Source: Patescibacteria group bacterium
GTDB lineage: Bacteria; Patescibacteriota; Minisyncoccia; UBA6257; GWB1-50-10
NCBI GenBank assembly: GCA_040757555.1
Contig: JBFLWN010000001.1
Location: 119,128-170,774 of the forward strand
DNA length: 51,647 nucleotides
Direction: 5' to 3'
In this document: piece after piece, positions 27,371 through 36,926 of the stretch
Layout: each line of letters begins with the position of its first letter
How positions within the stretch are numbered: the first letter of the stretch is position 1
The notes under the pieces: generated by a model
Told to the model about the DNA's origin: nothing
The model's database searches: none
What the model saw: the letters and a program-made list of their open reading frames with translations, nothing else
Position numbers and translations under genes: made by a program

Positions 27371-27445
27371 GCGCGCGTAGCTCAATGGTAGAGCAATCGT
27401 CTTATACACGATCGGTTCCAGGTTCGAATCCTGGCGCGCGCACCA
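27371..27445 (+). tRNA. tRNA-Ile (anticodon UAU), CCA encoded
   Basis: Full cloverleaf: GCGCGCG/CGCGCGC, GCTC/GAGC, ATCGT-CTTATAC-ACGAT, CCAGG-TTCGAAT-CCTGG, A73 and CCA. Identity is taken from the anticodon only. Confidence 0.85.
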
Positions 27446-27458
27446 ACAGAATTTGCAC

Positions 27459-27530
27459 GCGCGCTTAGCTCAGTGGTAGAGCGACTCGTTTACACCGAGT
27501 AGGCCGGGGGTTCAATCCCCTCAGCGCGCA
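27459..27530 (+). tRNA. tRNA-Val (UAC), CCA not encoded
   Basis: Cloverleaf with ACTCG-TTTACAC-CGAGT anticodon arm and GGGGG-TTCAATC-CCCTC T arm. Confidence 0.93.
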
Positions 27531-27533
27531 CAT

Positions 27534-27565
27534 AAAAATCCCCCACTTTTTAGTGGGGGATTTTT
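27534..27565. terminator. Bidirectional terminator (tRNAs / ftsH)
   Basis: AAAAATCCCCCACT-N4-AGTGGGGGATTTTT. Confidence 0.8.
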
Positions 27566-29407
27566 TTATTTCATTACCATCTGTTTTATTCCCGATGCTT
27601 TGATGATTTCGTTAAATTCTTCCTGTTCAATCGTTTCGTTTTCCATGAGTTTTCTTGCGATAATATCAAGCGTGTCTTTATTTGTAGTGATAATTTTCTT
27701 TGCCGTCTCAAGTGATTTTTTCATAATCACATTCATTTCGGAATCAATCATCTCTCCCGTTTTTTCCGAATAATCTTTTTCCGAAGAAATCTCACGTCCC
27801 AAAAACATAAGTTCATGATTTTTTCCGAGTGTTCGCGGACCAATCACGTCGCTCATTCCATATCGTGTAATTGCTTTATGTGCAAGATCGGTTGCATATT
27901 GAATATCACTCGATGACCCAGTGCTTACATCTTTAAATATAATTGACTCTGCGGCATATCCACCGAATGATACCGCGAGATCAGCAAGAAATTGCGCCTT
28001 TGTTTTCAATCGTCGTTCTTCAATAGGAAGTTTTAATGTATATCCTCCCGCCATTCCACGACTGATAATAGTCACCTTGTGTACCGGATCGCTATCTTTC
28101 AGTGTTGCCGCAACAAGTGCGTGTCCCGCTTCATGATATGCAGTGATTTCTCTTTCTTTCTGGATCGTCACGCGCGAACGTCGTGCGGGACCAAGTAATA
28201 CTTTTTCAATTGAATTCAATATATCGTCCTGTGTCACCTTCTTTCTTCCTGCGCGCGCAGTTACAATTGCCGCTTCGTTCAAAAGGTTCGCGAGATCCGC
28301 GCCGGCAAACCCCGGCGTACGCGTTGCCACCACTTTCAAATTCACCGATTCATCAAGTGGTTTTCCTTTTGTGTGAATTTTCAATATATCTTCTCGATCA
28401 TGAAGATCCGGCATATCAAGGAGCACGCGTCGGTCGAAACGTCCCGGACGGAGTAGCGCTTGATCCAAAATATCGGGACGATTGGTTGCTGCCATCACAA
28501 TTACATTGGTATCTCGTTCAAATCCATCCATTTCCACAAGAATCTGGTTTAATGTTTGTTCGCGCTCATCGTGTCCGCCTCCAAGTCCCGCTCCGCGTTC
28601 ACGTCCCACCGCGTCTATTTCATCAATAAAAATGATTGAGGGAGCTGCTTTCTTCGCGGTTTGGAACAAATCACGAACACGCGATGCGCCAACCCCTACA
28701 AACATTTCAACAAACTCTGATGCCGAAAGGTGAAAAAAAGGAACATTACTTTCTCCCGCAACTGCACGAGCAAGCAGTGTCTTTCCGGTTCCCGGAGGAC
28801 CCATAAGCAATACTCCGCGAGGAATCTTTGCACCAATATCCAAAAATTTTTTCGGATTTTTCAAAAAATCCACCACCTCCTCCAACTCTTCTTTTGATTC
28901 TTTCAAACCCGCGACATCTTTAAATGTAATTTTGTCTTTATCTTGAGAAAAAAGACGAATATTTATTTTTCCAAATGACATTACTTGATTTGCTCCGCCC
29001 TTCGCTTGTCTAAAAATAAACCAGAAGAAAAAGACCATAAGGAATATTGGAAGTAGTGTAGGAATCAAAATACTCATCCAATATTTAAATCCACTTGGAT
29101 CTTCGATGGTAATACTCACTTTTCTTAATTTTTCCTTATCAACTCCATAATTTGAAAGTGTTTCCACAATTCCGCTCTCACTTTCTTTTTTCGAAATAGC
29201 GGCCGAATCATCGGAAAGTGTAATTTTTAAATCATTCCCACTAATCAAAATGTTTTTTACTCCGTCGGTATTCACCTTATCCGCAAGTTCACTCATGTTT
29301 ATTGTTTTCGGTGGCGTTCCTTCCATCTCAAAAATAAATGAGAAAATCACCGTAACAAATAACAAAAGGGTAATTGCAAAAATCAAATTCTTACTTAAAT
29401 TTTTCAT
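27566..29407 (-). CDS. ftsH: ATP-dependent zinc metalloprotease FtsH
   Basis: Two TM segments, [21 protein letters not shown] and HEAGH. Confidence 0.98.
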   Translation of the reverse strand: MKNLSKNLIFAITLLLFVTVIFSFIFEMEGTPPKTINMSELADKVNTDGVKNILISGNDLKITLSDDSAAISKKESESGIVETLSNYGVDKEKLRKVSITIEDPSGFKYWMSILIPTLLPIFLMVFFFWFIFRQAKGGANQVMSFGKINIRLFSQDKDKITFKDVAGLKESKEELEEVVDFLKNPKKFLDIGAKIPRGVLLMGPPGTGKTLLARAVAGESNVPFFHLSASEFVEMFVGVGASRVRDLFQTAKKAAPSIIFIDEIDAVGRERGAGLGGGHDEREQTLNQILVEMDGFERDTNVIVMAATNRPDILDQALLRPGRFDRRVLLDMPDLHDREDILKIHTKGKPLDESVNLKVVATRTPGFAGADLANLLNEAAIVTARAGRKKVTQDDILNSIEKVLLGPARRSRVTIQKEREITAYHEAGHALVAATLKDSDPVHKVTIISRGMAGGYTLKLPIEERRLKTKAQFLADLAVSFGGYAAESIIFKDVSTGSSSDIQYATDLAHKAITRYGMSDVIGPRTLGKNHELMFLGREISSEKDYSEKTGEMIDSEMNVIMKKSLETAKKIITTNKDTLDIIARKLMENETIEQEEFNEIIKASGIKQMVMK

Positions 29408-29456
29408 ATGTTTCCACTATCATAACGCATCGGCCTTTTTCTGTAAAATGAAAATA

Positions 29457-29482
29457 AAAAAGCCGTTATTATACGGCTTTTT
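29457..29482 (-). terminator. Terminator-like hairpin
   Basis: AAAAAGCCGT-N6-ACGGCTTTTT. Confidence 0.65.
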
Positions 29483-29488
29483 ATTAAA

Positions 29489-29758
29489 TTATTTTCCTGT
29501 GTCTATTATATTATTTAAACGTTTTACAATTGCTTTAAAATCAAAATTATCTTCGAGAAGAAAATCGACTGAGATTTCCTTTGTAGTTGGAAGTGTTATT
29601 GCGGCACTTACAGCCTTTGAGGTGTTTTTACGCACTTGCACAATCTTAATCTTGAATCCTTTAATTCTCCCACGTTTTTCAAGTTTCTGAAGCGCGTTTT
29701 CTACGCTTCCACGAAGAGAATTCATTTTGTCCTGAAAATTTCTAGGAAACATTACCAA
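29489..29758 (-). CDS. Small basic hypothetical protein
   Basis: 89 aa (start 29758 TTG or 29752 ATG); AAGGAG SD; TTGCAA-N17-TATTAT upstream. Confidence 0.6.
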   Translation of the reverse strand: MVMFPRNFQDKMNSLRGSVENALQKLEKRGRIKGFKIKIVQVRKNTSKAVSAAITLPTTKEISVDFLLEDNFDFKAIVKRLNNIIDTGK

Positions 29759-29840
29759 GGTATTTCTCCTTTTATTACGTTAATAAATCAGTTAAACAAC
29801 TGGTACTATAATAAAACAAAATAAGAAATATTGCAAGACC

Positions 29841-29874
29841 TATTAAAAACCCCCGTCGACGGGGGTTTTTAATA
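29841..29874. terminator. Perfect 34-bp palindrome, probably the rpsA terminator
   Basis: TATTAAAAACCCCCGTC|GACGGGGGTTTTTAATA. Confidence 0.7.
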
Positions 29875-29883
29875 ATGCTTTTT

Positions 29884-30966
29884 CTATTTTAATTTCAAAA
29901 GTATCTTTCTTTCTGCTGGAACCAGACTTTCAACAGTAAATGAATATTCTTTTCCAATTCCAAGTTGTTTTTTCATCTCTTCTACACTTCCAAATGAGGC
30001 AACATGCACCTGACCTTGTATTTCTCCATCGAGATTTACAATAGCACCAAATGGGTGAAAGCTGTGGACTATCCCAGAAAGCTCTTGTCCTTCTTTATAT
30101 TTTTCTCCCACGTTCGTCCACGGATCGCTGCGAAGCGCTCGAAGTGACAGTGAAATTTTTCCGTCTCTGATGTCGGTAATTTTTGCTTTTACCGCGTCAT
30201 CAATTTTTACAATTTCCTTTGGATTCTCAACAATGCGATATCCGAGTTCTGATATATGGATTAATCCCTCAAGTGCTGGGTTGTCGGTAAATCGAATGAA
30301 TACTCCAAAGTCGGCAACACCGGAAACCACTCCATCAATGATTTGTCCCACCTGATAATTCTGTACCAATTCTTTTGTACTTACTTCGGTCGCTGCTTTT
30401 TCGGAAACAATAAGTTTATTCGTGCGAGAATTCACATCAATGATGCGCACATCAACTTCTTTCCCGACAAGTTCTTGAAGCACTTTTCCTATTTCCTCTT
30501 TATTATTTATTGTTCTTCCCTCAAGACCATTTCCTAATTGCGAGACGGGTAAAAATGCGGGAAGTCCACGAAGTTCACCGAGCAATCCTCCTTTATTAAA
30601 AGTGGTAAGTTTTACTTTTACTATTTCTTCCTGATCTCTCAAGTCTTGCACCTCTTCCCATGCTTTTTGTTTGTCTGCTTGAGTAAGTGAAAGTTCGATA
30701 TATCCATCTTCATTATCGATCTGCACTACTTTTGCGCCAATCACATCTCCCGGTTTCAAATTTTTTATTACATCGCGGGCATTTTGAAGTTCTCCGCGGT
30801 AGACCGCTCCTACACCATTTGCACCCAAATCAATGGTCATCATACGGACTCCCTTTTCAATAATAGTGCCTTGTACCAAGTCTCCAATGTGAAGTAAATT
30901 TAACGCCCCAAGTTCGGTTTTCACAAAATCGTTTGGTGTGTGGTCTTCTTGTTTTATTACATTCAT
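29884..30966 (-). CDS. rpsA: Short (four-domain) ribosomal protein S1
   Basis: Repeated S1 motifs (FLPVSQL, FGVFI...GLIHISEL, FGAIV); TTGACA-N17-TATCTT promoter upstream. Confidence 0.88.
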   Translation of the reverse strand: MNVIKQEDHTPNDFVKTELGALNLLHIGDLVQGTIIEKGVRMMTIDLGANGVGAVYRGELQNARDVIKNLKPGDVIGAKVVQIDNEDGYIELSLTQADKQKAWEEVQDLRDQEEIVKVKLTTFNKGGLLGELRGLPAFLPVSQLGNGLEGRTINNKEEIGKVLQELVGKEVDVRIIDVNSRTNKLIVSEKAATEVSTKELVQNYQVGQIIDGVVSGVADFGVFIRFTDNPALEGLIHISELGYRIVENPKEIVKIDDAVKAKITDIRDGKISLSLRALRSDPWTNVGEKYKEGQELSGIVHSFHPFGAIVNLDGEIQGQVHVASFGSVEEMKKQLGIGKEYSFTVESLVPAERKILLKLK

Positions 30967-31093
30967 AAACAAATTACGTACTTACTAAGATATGAGAAAA
31001 GTGTTCATGTGTCAACCCAATAAAATTACACAATTGAAAATATTGTATCTTTGGCGTAAACTAAAGCAGTAACAGTGGATCTGCTTATTTTTT

Positions 31094-31669
31094 ATGATTA
31101 TTACATACCAGGGAGACAATTATTTCAAAATTCAGTCGGGAGATTTAGTGGTATTGATTGATCCAACAAACGGTCGATCATTTCGGGGTGCAACCGCCGT
31201 GGTAAACACCACACTTCCTCCTTCAACTGAGGCGCCAAAAGAAAATGAGTGTTTCTGGATTGAACACCAAGGAGAATACGAAGTACAAGGAATCCGCATC
31301 GACGGGTGGAGCGCGGGTAATGAAGACGAAACCGAAAAGACAATTTACCGAATCCTTTTTGAAGATATTTCAATTGTAGTATTAGGACACCTTTCCAAAG
31401 AGCCGGCACAAAATATTTGGGAACATATTGAACACCCCGACGTACTCATTGTTCCTGCGGGAGGAAAACCGTGGATCTCACAGGCAGCAGCGGCAAAATT
31501 TGTACGCCAAGCCGAACCAAGTGTTATCATTCCATCACTTACCTCAGATCCAAAATTGTTTTTTAAAGAATTAAATAAACCAGCCCCCCAAAAGGAAGAA
31601 AAATTTGTATTTAAGAAAAAAGATCTTATTCCAAGCGCCATGACCATTAAATATCTTGAATCAAAATAA
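31094..31669 (+). CDS. Metallo-beta-lactamase-fold protein, metal motif degenerate
   Basis: MIITYQG, QGEYEVQGI, VLGHL, DVLIVPAGG and PSVIIP; no HxHxDH. Confidence 0.7.
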   Translation: MIITYQGDNYFKIQSGDLVVLIDPTNGRSFRGATAVVNTTLPPSTEAPKENECFWIEHQGEYEVQGIRIDGWSAGNEDETEKTIYRILFEDISIVVLGHLSKEPAQNIWEHIEHPDVLIVPAGGKPWISQAAAAKFVRQAEPSVIIPSLTSDPKLFFKELNKPAPQKEEKFVFKKKDLIPSAMTIKYLESK

Positions 31670-31678
31670 ACACACTCC

Positions 31679-32107
31679 ATGTCGGCCTCTTTTTACCACA
31701 ATATAAAAAAATTTATACGAGATATTCAACGATCGGACGAGGCACGGAGAAAAAAATGGTTTATCGGGGGGTCTGTGGTATCCGTATTTTTTGTTCTTTT
31801 GTTGTGGGGAGTATATGTCAGTATTGATTTTCCAAAAATAGAACCCCCGATATCGGAAGTACAGAAAAATGCACAAATTGAGGAGAAAAAAACAAATGAA
31901 TCGATATTTGATGTCTTCGGGAGGGGAATTAAAAACATTTCGAATGATTTCAAAAAACAGTACAATACGTTTAGGATGTATGTAGAAAAAAGTTTCGGTT
32001 CACTCAAAGGAGGTGTTCAGGAAAAAAATATAATGTATATTCAAGGAGCACGAATTAATTTTGTTTTTGATAACCTTGATCCAATTCCTCCAACTCATCT
32101 TCCATAA
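31679..32107 (+). CDS. Hypothetical single-TM protein
   Basis: One TM after a basic N-terminus; in an apparent operon with gyrA. Confidence 0.65.
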   Translation: MSASFYHNIKKFIRDIQRSDEARRKKWFIGGSVVSVFFVLLLWGVYVSIDFPKIEPPISEVQKNAQIEEKKTNESIFDVFGRGIKNISNDFKKQYNTFRMYVEKSFGSLKGGVQEKNIMYIQGARINFVFDNLDPIPPTHLP

Positions 32108-32110
32108 TTT

Positions 32111-34579
32111 ATGAAAAAAGAAACAGAAGAAAAACCAAAACCAATTGGCCGCGTAGAAGATAGGGAAATCACCGACGAATTAAAAGAATCATATCTTGAT
32201 TATGCAATGTCAGTCATTGTCTCGCGCGCACTCCCCGATATTCGCGATGGATTGAAACCGGTGCAACGAAGAATTTTATGGTCTATGTGGGAATCGGGGC
32301 TTACCGCCTCGGCAAAATTCAGAAAATCAGCAAATGTGGTGGGAGGAGTAATGGCACATTATCACCCCCATGGCGATGCATCCATTTATGACGCGCTTGC
32401 CCGCATGGCACAAGATTTTTCACTTCGTTACCCACTTATCAATGGACAGGGAAACTGGGGATCTGTCGATGGAGATTCGCCGGCAGCAATGCGTTATACC
32501 GAAGCAAAACTATCAAAGATTTCTGAAGAACTTCTGAATGATATTGAAAAAGAAACTGTTGATTGGCAGGGAAATTATGATAATACAAAAAACGAACCAA
32601 AATACCTTCCCGCAAAACTTCCACATCTCCTATTGAATGGAACAATGGGTATTGCGGTAGGTATGGCAACAAGCATCCCTCCTCACAACCTTGGAGAACT
32701 TGCCGATGGAATTATGCATCTCGCTGAAAATCCGGATACCGATGTAAAAGAACTTATGAAATTCATCCCCGGACCCGATTTTCCGACGGGAGGAATTATT
32801 TATGATCGCAAGGCAATTGAGGAGGCATACGCCACAGGAAAAGGTGCAGTCACCATACGTGGGGTTGCGCAAGTTGAAGAACGAAAAGGAGGGAGTTTTC
32901 AAATTATTATCACCGAGATCCCATACCAAACCAACAAAGCGACATTGGTCACAAAAATTGCCGAACTTGTCCAGGAAAAACGTATCGAAGGCATCCGTGA
33001 TCTCCGAGATGAATCCGACAGAGACGGCCTCCGTGTTGCGATTGATCTTAAACAAGACAGCTCACCACAAAAGATATTAAACCAACTTTATCAATACACG
33101 GAACTTCAAAAGAATTTCTATTTTAATGTACTTGCGCTCACCGACGGGCTCCGTCCCGAAATTCTTTCATTGAAAGATATTCTCTCTGCATATCTTGATC
33201 ATCGAAAAATTGTGATTCGACGAAGAACCGAGTTTGATTTGAAAAAAGCGGAAGAACGCGCACACATTCTCGAGGGATTGGTGAAAGCACTTGATGTGAT
33301 CGACAAAATTATCGCAACAATTAAAAAATCAAAAGATAAGGAAGATGCGGCGATAAATTTAGTAAAGAATTTTAAACTTACCCCCATACAAGCGCAAGCA
33401 ATTCTTGAAATGAAATTACAGACCCTTGCAGCGCTTGAGCGACACAAACTTGAAGCAGAACTTGCTGAAAAGAAAAAACTTATCGCGGAATTGCAGGCAA
33501 TTTTAAAAAGCCAAAAAAAGATTATTGATATTATCCATAAAGAGCTCGAAGAAATAAAGAAAAGTTTTTCCGATGATCGAAGGACAAAAATTGTGGCATC
33601 GAGCCTAAAGGAATTCAGAGAAGAAGATCTCATTCCAAACGAGGATGCGATCATTACTCTCAGCCGAGATGGATATATCAAACGCATGCCTCCGACGAAT
33701 TTTAAATCACAAAAACGTGGAGGAAAGGGACTTATTGGGTTTGAATTGAAGGAAGAAGATCTTATCGAAACATTTATCTCTACAAACACACACGACAATA
33801 TCCTTTTCTTCACAAACCGCGGGAAAATGTTTCAAACAAAAGTATATGAAATTCCCGTCGCACAGCGCACTGGAAAGGGAAAATCAATTTATAATTACCT
33901 CGAAATTCCCGCAACCGAAAAAGTAAGTGCGATTGTTTCTTACCCCGATTCGGACACACAAGATAAAGACAAGTGTCTTGTCATGATCACAAAAGAAGGA
34001 AACATAAAAAAGACCCACTTGAAAGAATTCGAAAATGTACGAAGAAGCGGAATTATCGCAATTAAACTCAACGAAGGAGATGATTTGAAATGGGTGAACG
34101 TTTCTTCCGGAAATGATGAAATTATTCTTTCGACGGCACTCGGTCAGGCAATACATTTTAAGGAAAAAGACGTGCGACAAATGGGAAGAACCGCTGCTGG
34201 GGTGCGTGCAATTCATCTCAAGAAAGGAGATGAAATTGCGGGACTTGATATAATAAAAGGAGGAAAGGATGCAAAAAACCTTAAATTACTCTCGGTGTTG
34301 GGTAATGGATACGCAAAACAAACAGTAATCAAAGAATATAAATTACAGAAGCGGGGGGGATCAGGAATAAAAACAGCAAAAGTTACCGAAAAAACAGGAA
34401 AGGTAATCGCAACACACATCATTAATGATGACATTGAAGAGGTTATTGCATTTTCAAAAAAAGGACAGGCACTTCGAACAAAATTAAAAGACATCCGTAT
34501 CGCAAGTAGAGCAACACAGGGGGTGCGTATTATGGATTTAGAGAAAGGAGATGAACTTATTGGGGTAGTGTGTTTATAA
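32111..34579 (+). CDS. gyrA: DNA gyrase subunit A
   Basis: [14 protein letters not shown], catalytic AAMRYTE, GyrA box QKRGGKG and C-terminal pinwheel repeats. Confidence 0.97.
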   Translation: MKKETEEKPKPIGRVEDREITDELKESYLDYAMSVIVSRALPDIRDGLKPVQRRILWSMWESGLTASAKFRKSANVVGGVMAHYHPHGDASIYDALARMAQDFSLRYPLINGQGNWGSVDGDSPAAMRYTEAKLSKISEELLNDIEKETVDWQGNYDNTKNEPKYLPAKLPHLLLNGTMGIAVGMATSIPPHNLGELADGIMHLAENPDTDVKELMKFIPGPDFPTGGIIYDRKAIEEAYATGKGAVTIRGVAQVEERKGGSFQIIITEIPYQTNKATLVTKIAELVQEKRIEGIRDLRDESDRDGLRVAIDLKQDSSPQKILNQLYQYTELQKNFYFNVLALTDGLRPEILSLKDILSAYLDHRKIVIRRRTEFDLKKAEERAHILEGLVKALDVIDKIIATIKKSKDKEDAAINLVKNFKLTPIQAQAILEMKLQTLAALERHKLEAELAEKKKLIAELQAILKSQKKIIDIIHKELEEIKKSFSDDRRTKIVASSLKEFREEDLIPNEDAIITLSRDGYIKRMPPTNFKSQKRGGKGLIGFELKEEDLIETFISTNTHDNILFFTNRGKMFQTKVYEIPVAQRTGKGKSIYNYLEIPATEKVSAIVSYPDSDTQDKDKCLVMITKEGNIKKTHLKEFENVRRSGIIAIKLNEGDDLKWVNVSSGNDEIILSTALGQAIHFKEKDVRQMGRTAAGVRAIHLKKGDEIAGLDIIKGGKDAKNLKLLSVLGNGYAKQTVIKEYKLQKRGGSGIKTAKVTEKTGKVIATHIINDDIEEVIAFSKKGQALRTKLKDIRIASRATQGVRIMDLEKGDELIGVVCL

Positions 34580-34594
34580 CCTAGAAATATATTT

Positions 34595-34732
34595 ATCCCG
34601 TTAGAAATCCCCGCCAAAAACAAATAAGCCTGACCAGAAAAAATTTACTTAACTTAATATATGAATACTAGTCGAACAATAATTATTAATTATAGACCAC
34701 ACTATCTATTCGTGGTTTATTTCTAACGGGAT
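34595..34732. mobile_element. MITE-like element B (138 bp) with 14-bp terminal inverted repeats
   Basis: ATCCCGTTAGAAAT (34595-34608) / ATTTCTAACGGGAT (34719-34732); same core as element A. Confidence 0.55.
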
Positions 34733-36044
34733 GAATATTTCAAAACCAAAATTCATTATCTTCGCAATTGTTGCCATAGTTATTTTTATTATCGTACTTA
34801 TGACAACGTGCGTCATTCCAGGAATGCAACGATGTAATACTCCCGGACTTCAACTTGAAGGTGCACTTACTTTTTGGGGAATAGGAGATAACCAAAACGC
34901 ATATGAATCAACTATTATTAACTTCAAAAAATTCTATCCAAAAGTAGAAATAACATATCGAGGGTTTGATACACAAGAAGAATATAACCGAGCTCTTCTT
35001 GAATCTATGGCACAAGGAAAGGGACCTGATGTATTTATGGTGTTAAATAGTGCGGTTCCAAATAACACTGGAAAAATTTTCCCAATGCCAGAAACCATCG
35101 TTCCATTTACCCAGCTACGATCCCTTTTCCCCAAAATAGTGGAGCAGGATTTTTTCCCACAAAAAACAATATACGGACTTCCACTTTCCATTGATACACT
35201 TGCGCTTATTTATAATAGAAACTTTATTGATCAGGCTGCCATACAAGTTCCGAAAACATGGGAAGATTTTCAAAAAGCGGTGAAAAAACTTACTGTTATT
35301 GATCCATCAAAAAAAATAATTCGTGCAGGAGCCGCGATCGGAGGATCTCAAAAAAATATTTCTACCGCTCCAGATATTTTAAGTCTCCTTATGCTTCAAA
35401 CAGGAACAAAAATGATTTCAGATGATTTTAAGTCAGCAACATTTGCATCTCCCGAGGGAAAAGACGCACTCAGATTCTATACACAATTTTCAAATGGAAC
35501 ACACGAGACCTACACATGGAACGAAACAATGCCAAACGATCTTGATTTATTCGGACAGGAAGGTGTTGCTATGATTTTCAACTATGCAAGTGCGCTTCCT
35601 GAAATACAAAAACGAAATGCTTTTATTGAGTACAAAATTGCTCCTATCCCACAACCCGCATCAGCGGAAAATCGTTCAATTGCATATCCAAAATATTGGG
35701 GATATACCGTATCACGACAAAGTATAATTCCTGATGTCGCGTGGCAATTTGTTCTTTTTATGACTACCGACGAAGCTTCGGTGAGATCATATCTCACAAA
35801 AACAAAAAAGTCCCCCGCTCTGGATAATCTCATCCGAAGCGAATACATCAACGATCCCGACCTTGGGGTATTTGCCCGACAAGCACTTGTTGCGCGTTCG
35901 TGGCCACAGATAAATAATCTCGCGATCGGAAATATTTTTTCAGACATGATAGAACTTGTTACCACAAACCAAAACAGCATTGAATCTGCAATCGGAAAAG
36001 CACAAGAAGAGGTTTCGCGTCTCATGAGTCAACGAGCATTCTAA
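34731..36044 (+). CDS. Extracellular solute-binding protein (sugar-binding family 1-like), membrane anchored
   Basis: N-terminal TM, LTFWG, GKGPDVFM, YGLPLSIDTLALIYN, PKTWEDF and AWQFVLF. Confidence 0.85.
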   Translation: MNISKPKFIIFAIVAIVIFIIVLMTTCVIPGMQRCNTPGLQLEGALTFWGIGDNQNAYESTIINFKKFYPKVEITYRGFDTQEEYNRALLESMAQGKGPDVFMVLNSAVPNNTGKIFPMPETIVPFTQLRSLFPKIVEQDFFPQKTIYGLPLSIDTLALIYNRNFIDQAAIQVPKTWEDFQKAVKKLTVIDPSKKIIRAGAAIGGSQKNISTAPDILSLLMLQTGTKMISDDFKSATFASPEGKDALRFYTQFSNGTHETYTWNETMPNDLDLFGQEGVAMIFNYASALPEIQKRNAFIEYKIAPIPQPASAENRSIAYPKYWGYTVSRQSIIPDVAWQFVLFMTTDEASVRSYLTKTKKSPALDNLIRSEYINDPDLGVFARQALVARSWPQINNLAIGNIFSDMIELVTTNQNSIESAIGKAQEEVSRLMSQRAF

Positions 36045-36083
36045 ATGGGGGAAGATAAATAAAAAGTAGTATATAATAAAAAA

Positions 36084-36503
36084 ATGAAAACGATAGCTTC
36101 TATAGGTATTTTGGTGATTATACTCATAAGTATCTCTCTTCCCTTTGTCGCTTCCGCAAGAACATTGTTCTATATATGGGAGGGCACTACGTGTACACCG
36201 GCGGGTGGAGGGGGGCCAACAAATCCATGTGGATTTTGTGATGCTCTTGTTGTGGGACGAAATATTATTGAGGACATGTTTAAAGTTGCATTTATCCTCG
36301 CAACTGTTTTTATCGCGTATGGTGGATTTACCCTCATGATCGCGGGAGGAAATGAAAAAAACGTGAGTTCGGCAAAGGAAATAATAAAAAGTGCCGTTAT
36401 CGGACTTCTTATTGCGCTCACCGCGTGGATTGTTATCAATACAATTTTAGGAACACTCATTAGTGGAAGTGTAAGTGCTCCTTGGAACGAACTTTCGTGT
36501 TAG
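36084..36503 (+). CDS. VirB2/TrbC-like pilin 1 (Cys-containing)
   Basis: Signal peptide, C...CGFCD, FIAYGGFTLMIAGGN, AVIGLLIAL and WNELSC. Confidence 0.8.
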   Translation: MKTIASIGILVIILISISLPFVASARTLFYIWEGTTCTPAGGGGPTNPCGFCDALVVGRNIIEDMFKVAFILATVFIAYGGFTLMIAGGNEKNVSSAKEIIKSAVIGLLIALTAWIVINTILGTLISGSVSAPWNELSC

Positions 36504-36512
36504 AATAAGAAT

Positions 36513-36857
36513 ATGATTAAAAAAATTAAAAATAGCTCAATGTTCTTTTTTTCTGCACTCTTTCTTCTGTGCGCCGAAGTATCTCATGCGGCGGCAACAA
36601 TTGGGCTTCAAAATCCACTAAAAGTTGGATCAATTCCCGATCTTATCTATGTGGTCATTGATTGGTTTGTTATTGCGGTTGGTCCTGCAATCGCGGTTAT
36701 TATCATCATCTATGGTGGATTTCAAATACTCACCGCAGGGGGAGACCCAAAAAAATTTGAAACAGGAAAACAGGCGATTCTTTATGCGGTGGTTGGGTAT
36801 GGTATAATTCTTCTTGCAGAAGGAGTGGTGTTGATTATACAAAAACTCCTTCAGTAA
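36513..36857 (+). CDS. VirB2/TrbC-like pilin 2
   Basis: LQNPL, IIYGGFQILTAGGDPKK and YAVVG. Confidence 0.82.
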   Translation: MIKKIKNSSMFFFSALFLLCAEVSHAAATIGLQNPLKVGSIPDLIYVVIDWFVIAVGPAIAVIIIIYGGFQILTAGGDPKKFETGKQAILYAVVGYGIILLAEGVVLIIQKLLQ

Positions 36858-36926
36858 AAGGATAAGAAAGGTCGATTTTTTATCTATTTTTATCGTTAAA
36901 CAGTCGTAAAAAATTATTTATTTATT

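Noticed and set aside
29841-29874. Special role for the perfect 34-bp palindrome
   Set aside because: The GC stem with A/T tails 9 bp after the rpsA stop is fully explained as a terminator.
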